A stretch of 63,143 nucleotides of DNA, counting the filler, from Dugesia japonica (taxonomy: Eukaryota), in the NCBI GenBank assembly GCA_001938525.1. It is 6 parts of 6 records of this genome, joined end to end, with 100 filler letters (N's around TTAATTAATTAA, not from the genome) between each part and the next. Parts side by side here need not be neighbours in the genome. Positions count along the whole stretch, not along the records: positions 50,584 to 63,143 come from MQRL01642745.1; 5 more parts are not named here. One strand, written 5' to 3'. Position numbers and translations under genes: made by a program. The notes under the pieces are model-generated. The model did not search any database. It was not told where the DNA came from and saw only the letters and a list, made by a program, of their open reading frames with translations. This document shows positions 61,101-63,143 of this stretch, in pieces; position 1 is the stretch's first letter; every line of letters starts with the position of its first letter.

Positions 61101-63143
61101 TAGACGAGAAGGTAATACAGTAATATTAGACATGAAGTAAAGTGGGTCATTTTAATAAAGGTTTTCAAATAATAATTGGGAAAAAACGATAAAGTTACAA
61201 TTTCTAGCCGGTTATATTTCAAAACCCCACTCACCGAACTCCTGATATGTTGCGATAAAAAACTGTAATCCTATTCCTGTGACAGATGAAGAATTATTGA
61301 CAGTCATGGCAAGTGAAACCCAATTCTGTTTTGTATTTAAATCGTAATTCAAATGATTCCAATATTTTTGCAGTTTATTGATTAATTTAATTGAAATGCA
61401 GCGCTATAGGATTTTATAATCCGTTTATTCATAGAACAAAAAATTAATTGTATAATTAACTATTTTAAAATATTTTACATCAATAATCATTTAAAATTGA
61501 AATTATGAATCAATATTAATAATTAATTTAAATATTATTGATCATAGGATAAATAATTCATTGTATAATTAACTATTCTAAAATATTTTAGATTATTAAT
61601 GATTTGAAATTTAAATTGAAATTATGAATCAATATTAATAATTAATTTAAATATNNNNNNNNNNNNNNNNNNNNNNNNNNNNNNNNNNNNNNNNTTCTAA
61701 AATATTTTAGATTATTAATGATTTGAAATTTAAATTGAAATTATAAATCAATATTAATAATTAATTTAAATATAATTGATCATAAAATAAATAATTCATT
61801 GTATAATTGACTTTTCTAAAATATTTTAGATTATTAATGATTTGAAATTTAAATTGAAATTATGAATCAATATTAATAATTAATTTAAATATNNNNNNNN
61901 NNNNNNNNNNNNNNNNNNNNNNNNNNNNNNNNTTCTAAAATATTTTAGATTATTAATGATTTGAAATTTAAATTGAAATTATAAATCAATATTAATAATT
62001 AATTTAAATATTATTAATACAATGAAACTTACCGAACTCCTGATATGTTGCGATAAAAAAGCTGTGATCCGATTCCTGTGACGGAGTTACGATTATTATC
62101 AGATGAAGGATTATTGAGAGTCATAGCTAGTGAAACCGGATTGTGTGGCGTATTTAATACTCGTAATCCAAACGTTTCCGATATTTTCATCAGTTTTTCT
62201 TTGAGATATTTGAAATTTATTTCCCGTATTTCAATAAGACTTTTCAGTTCGTCTAATCCCATCGACAACAAAGTTATAAAGACATCCAATGTTGGAGTCA
62301 TTGAAGCTCGACCTGAAAACGAAATAATCCTTATAGTTTTATTTAGATAGGTTATTCGCCACCTGCATAAGTTGCTGATAATTTGTTAATGACTGCTTCG
62401 TCACAAGATGCAACAATCGCTCCACCAACAGGAACCATCAAATTTTTATCTGTACTTTGAACGACTGCATAAACTCCATCTTTACCGAATTTTTGACTGG
62501 CGTCATTAATAACATTCATGCATCGTTTCAACGTTACCCCGTAAGCATTATTGATTATTTGGGGTACTTTATAATTTCGGCTGATTTCGCTAACTTTCAT
62601 AATACTGGATCACAACGGTAACAAATTGCAATTAATCAATAAAACTATGCAAACTTATCAGGAACTCTAGGGGCAAAACATGAAGTGGTCGTCAAAATAC
62701 ACAAAATATTTTCCGCTCCATACGTTTCTATCGATTCTTTAATAGCTATTGTGTCAGTTTGCAATTCATCACCAATGAGAACTGTCTCGATAATAATTGG
62801 TTCCAATCCTGAAATCAATTTGCACAAGTAATTATTATTTATAAGTGTGAAAATTCTACGGAAAATCCTGTAGAATTTTCGGGAAAATTTACCAGCGGTT
62901 TTAATGCATTTAAAACAAGACTTTTGATCTATTCTCGGCCAGATGACATATTTAGCATATGGCCGTTCTGATCTCAACGAAAGCATTACCAAGGCCAAAT
63001 TCATTCCAGTTGCCATTGGTATTAATAAAGCTTTTTTCATAGATTTCATGCCTAATATCGTTAAATTATTGTTTTGTTAAACTTATTTTTATTTATTAAC
63101 CGAGTTCTTGAAGCATATGGAGAACAAGATGATTTGTTAGCTT
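58150..63143 (-). CDS. SEPSECS: O-phosphoseryl-tRNA(Sec) selenium transferase, 3' six exons (63143-63101, 63051-62893, 62808-62655, 62604-62363, 62312-62033, 58372-58150)
   Basis: Spliced translation with phase-consistent GT-AG introns: PMATGM, WPRIDQKSC, TTSCFAPRVPD, INNAYG, the PLP-lysine motif VQSTDKNLMVPVGGA, YAGRAS, GSQLFYRNISGVRVV, GFGSH, YMNAAAAIG. The 5' end lies outside the window. Confidence 0.96.
59598..59860 (-). mobile_element. Partial LTR-like fragment in the SEPSECS last intron
   Basis: Minus strand has a TATAAAA box, AATAAA and a ...TGTTACA end. No partner LTR was found. Confidence 0.35.
60290..61100 (+). mobile_element. LTR retrotransposon 5' remnant (LTR end, PBS, gag-like) in the SEPSECS intron
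   Basis: ...CTCACA is followed directly by TGGTGGCAGCGGT (60497-60509, tRNA-Leu-type PBS) and then a decayed charged, gag-like reading frame. Confidence 0.5.
61235..61430 (-). pseudogene. Degenerate duplicate of SEPSECS exon 62033-62312
   Basis: CGAACTCCTGATATGTTGCGATAAAAAA is identical to the sequence from 62033. Has its own GTGAGT donor and diverges with indels upstream. Confidence 0.85.
61430..62020. repeat. AT-rich ~119-bp tandem repeat; related copies at ~59860-60090
   Basis: The unit TTCTAAAATATTTTAGATTATTAATGATTTGAAATTTAAATTGAAATTAT(G/A)AATCAATATTAATAATTAATTTAAATAT recurs about five times. Confidence 0.9.

Noticed and set aside
61430-62020. CRISPR-like or regularly spaced array
   Set aside because: Head-to-tail minisatellite without unique spacers, in a eukaryotic intron.

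Overview
Very AT-rich eukaryotic, invertebrate-type genomic DNA with ~50-bp introns. A flatworm/planarian origin is only an impression. The window is six contigs joined by an artificial 100-bp linker (N44-TTAATTAATTAA-N44), so adjacency across linkers is not evidence of linkage. Contig 1 (1-9864): decayed Ty3/gypsy, Ginger-like and mariner remnants, plus the 3' exon(s) of a PDZ-domain host gene. Contig 2 (9965-18697): a full-length decayed gypsy with ~120-bp LTRs inserted into a MULE transposase, plus a second gypsy remnant. Contig 3 (18798-28207): an essentially intact left arm of a Polinton/adintovirus-like virus (pPolB, core-like protein, minor capsid, adenain protease, fibre-like ORF) with a repeated candidate promoter motif. 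Contig 4 (28308-41275): a small 3-exon orphan gene, then the most unusual object in the window, a >10-kb decayed Ty3/gypsy-type element. Its 5' frame reads AT-hook, Bcl-2-like domain, signal peptide, chuvirus-like class III glycoprotein. This is followed by two paralogous aspartic proteases flanking three CCHC knuckles, dUTPase-like/RT/RNase H/integrase, a Cys-rich finger and a second env-like membrane-protein ORF. Contig 5 (41376-50483): a decayed second Polinton (ATPase, integrase, minor and major capsid) with an AGTAGT terminus. Contig 6 (50584-63143): a Penelope fragment, another Polinton-like terminus, and the 3' six exons of the host SEPSECS gene. All protein family calls come from manual motif recognition; no database searches were run.
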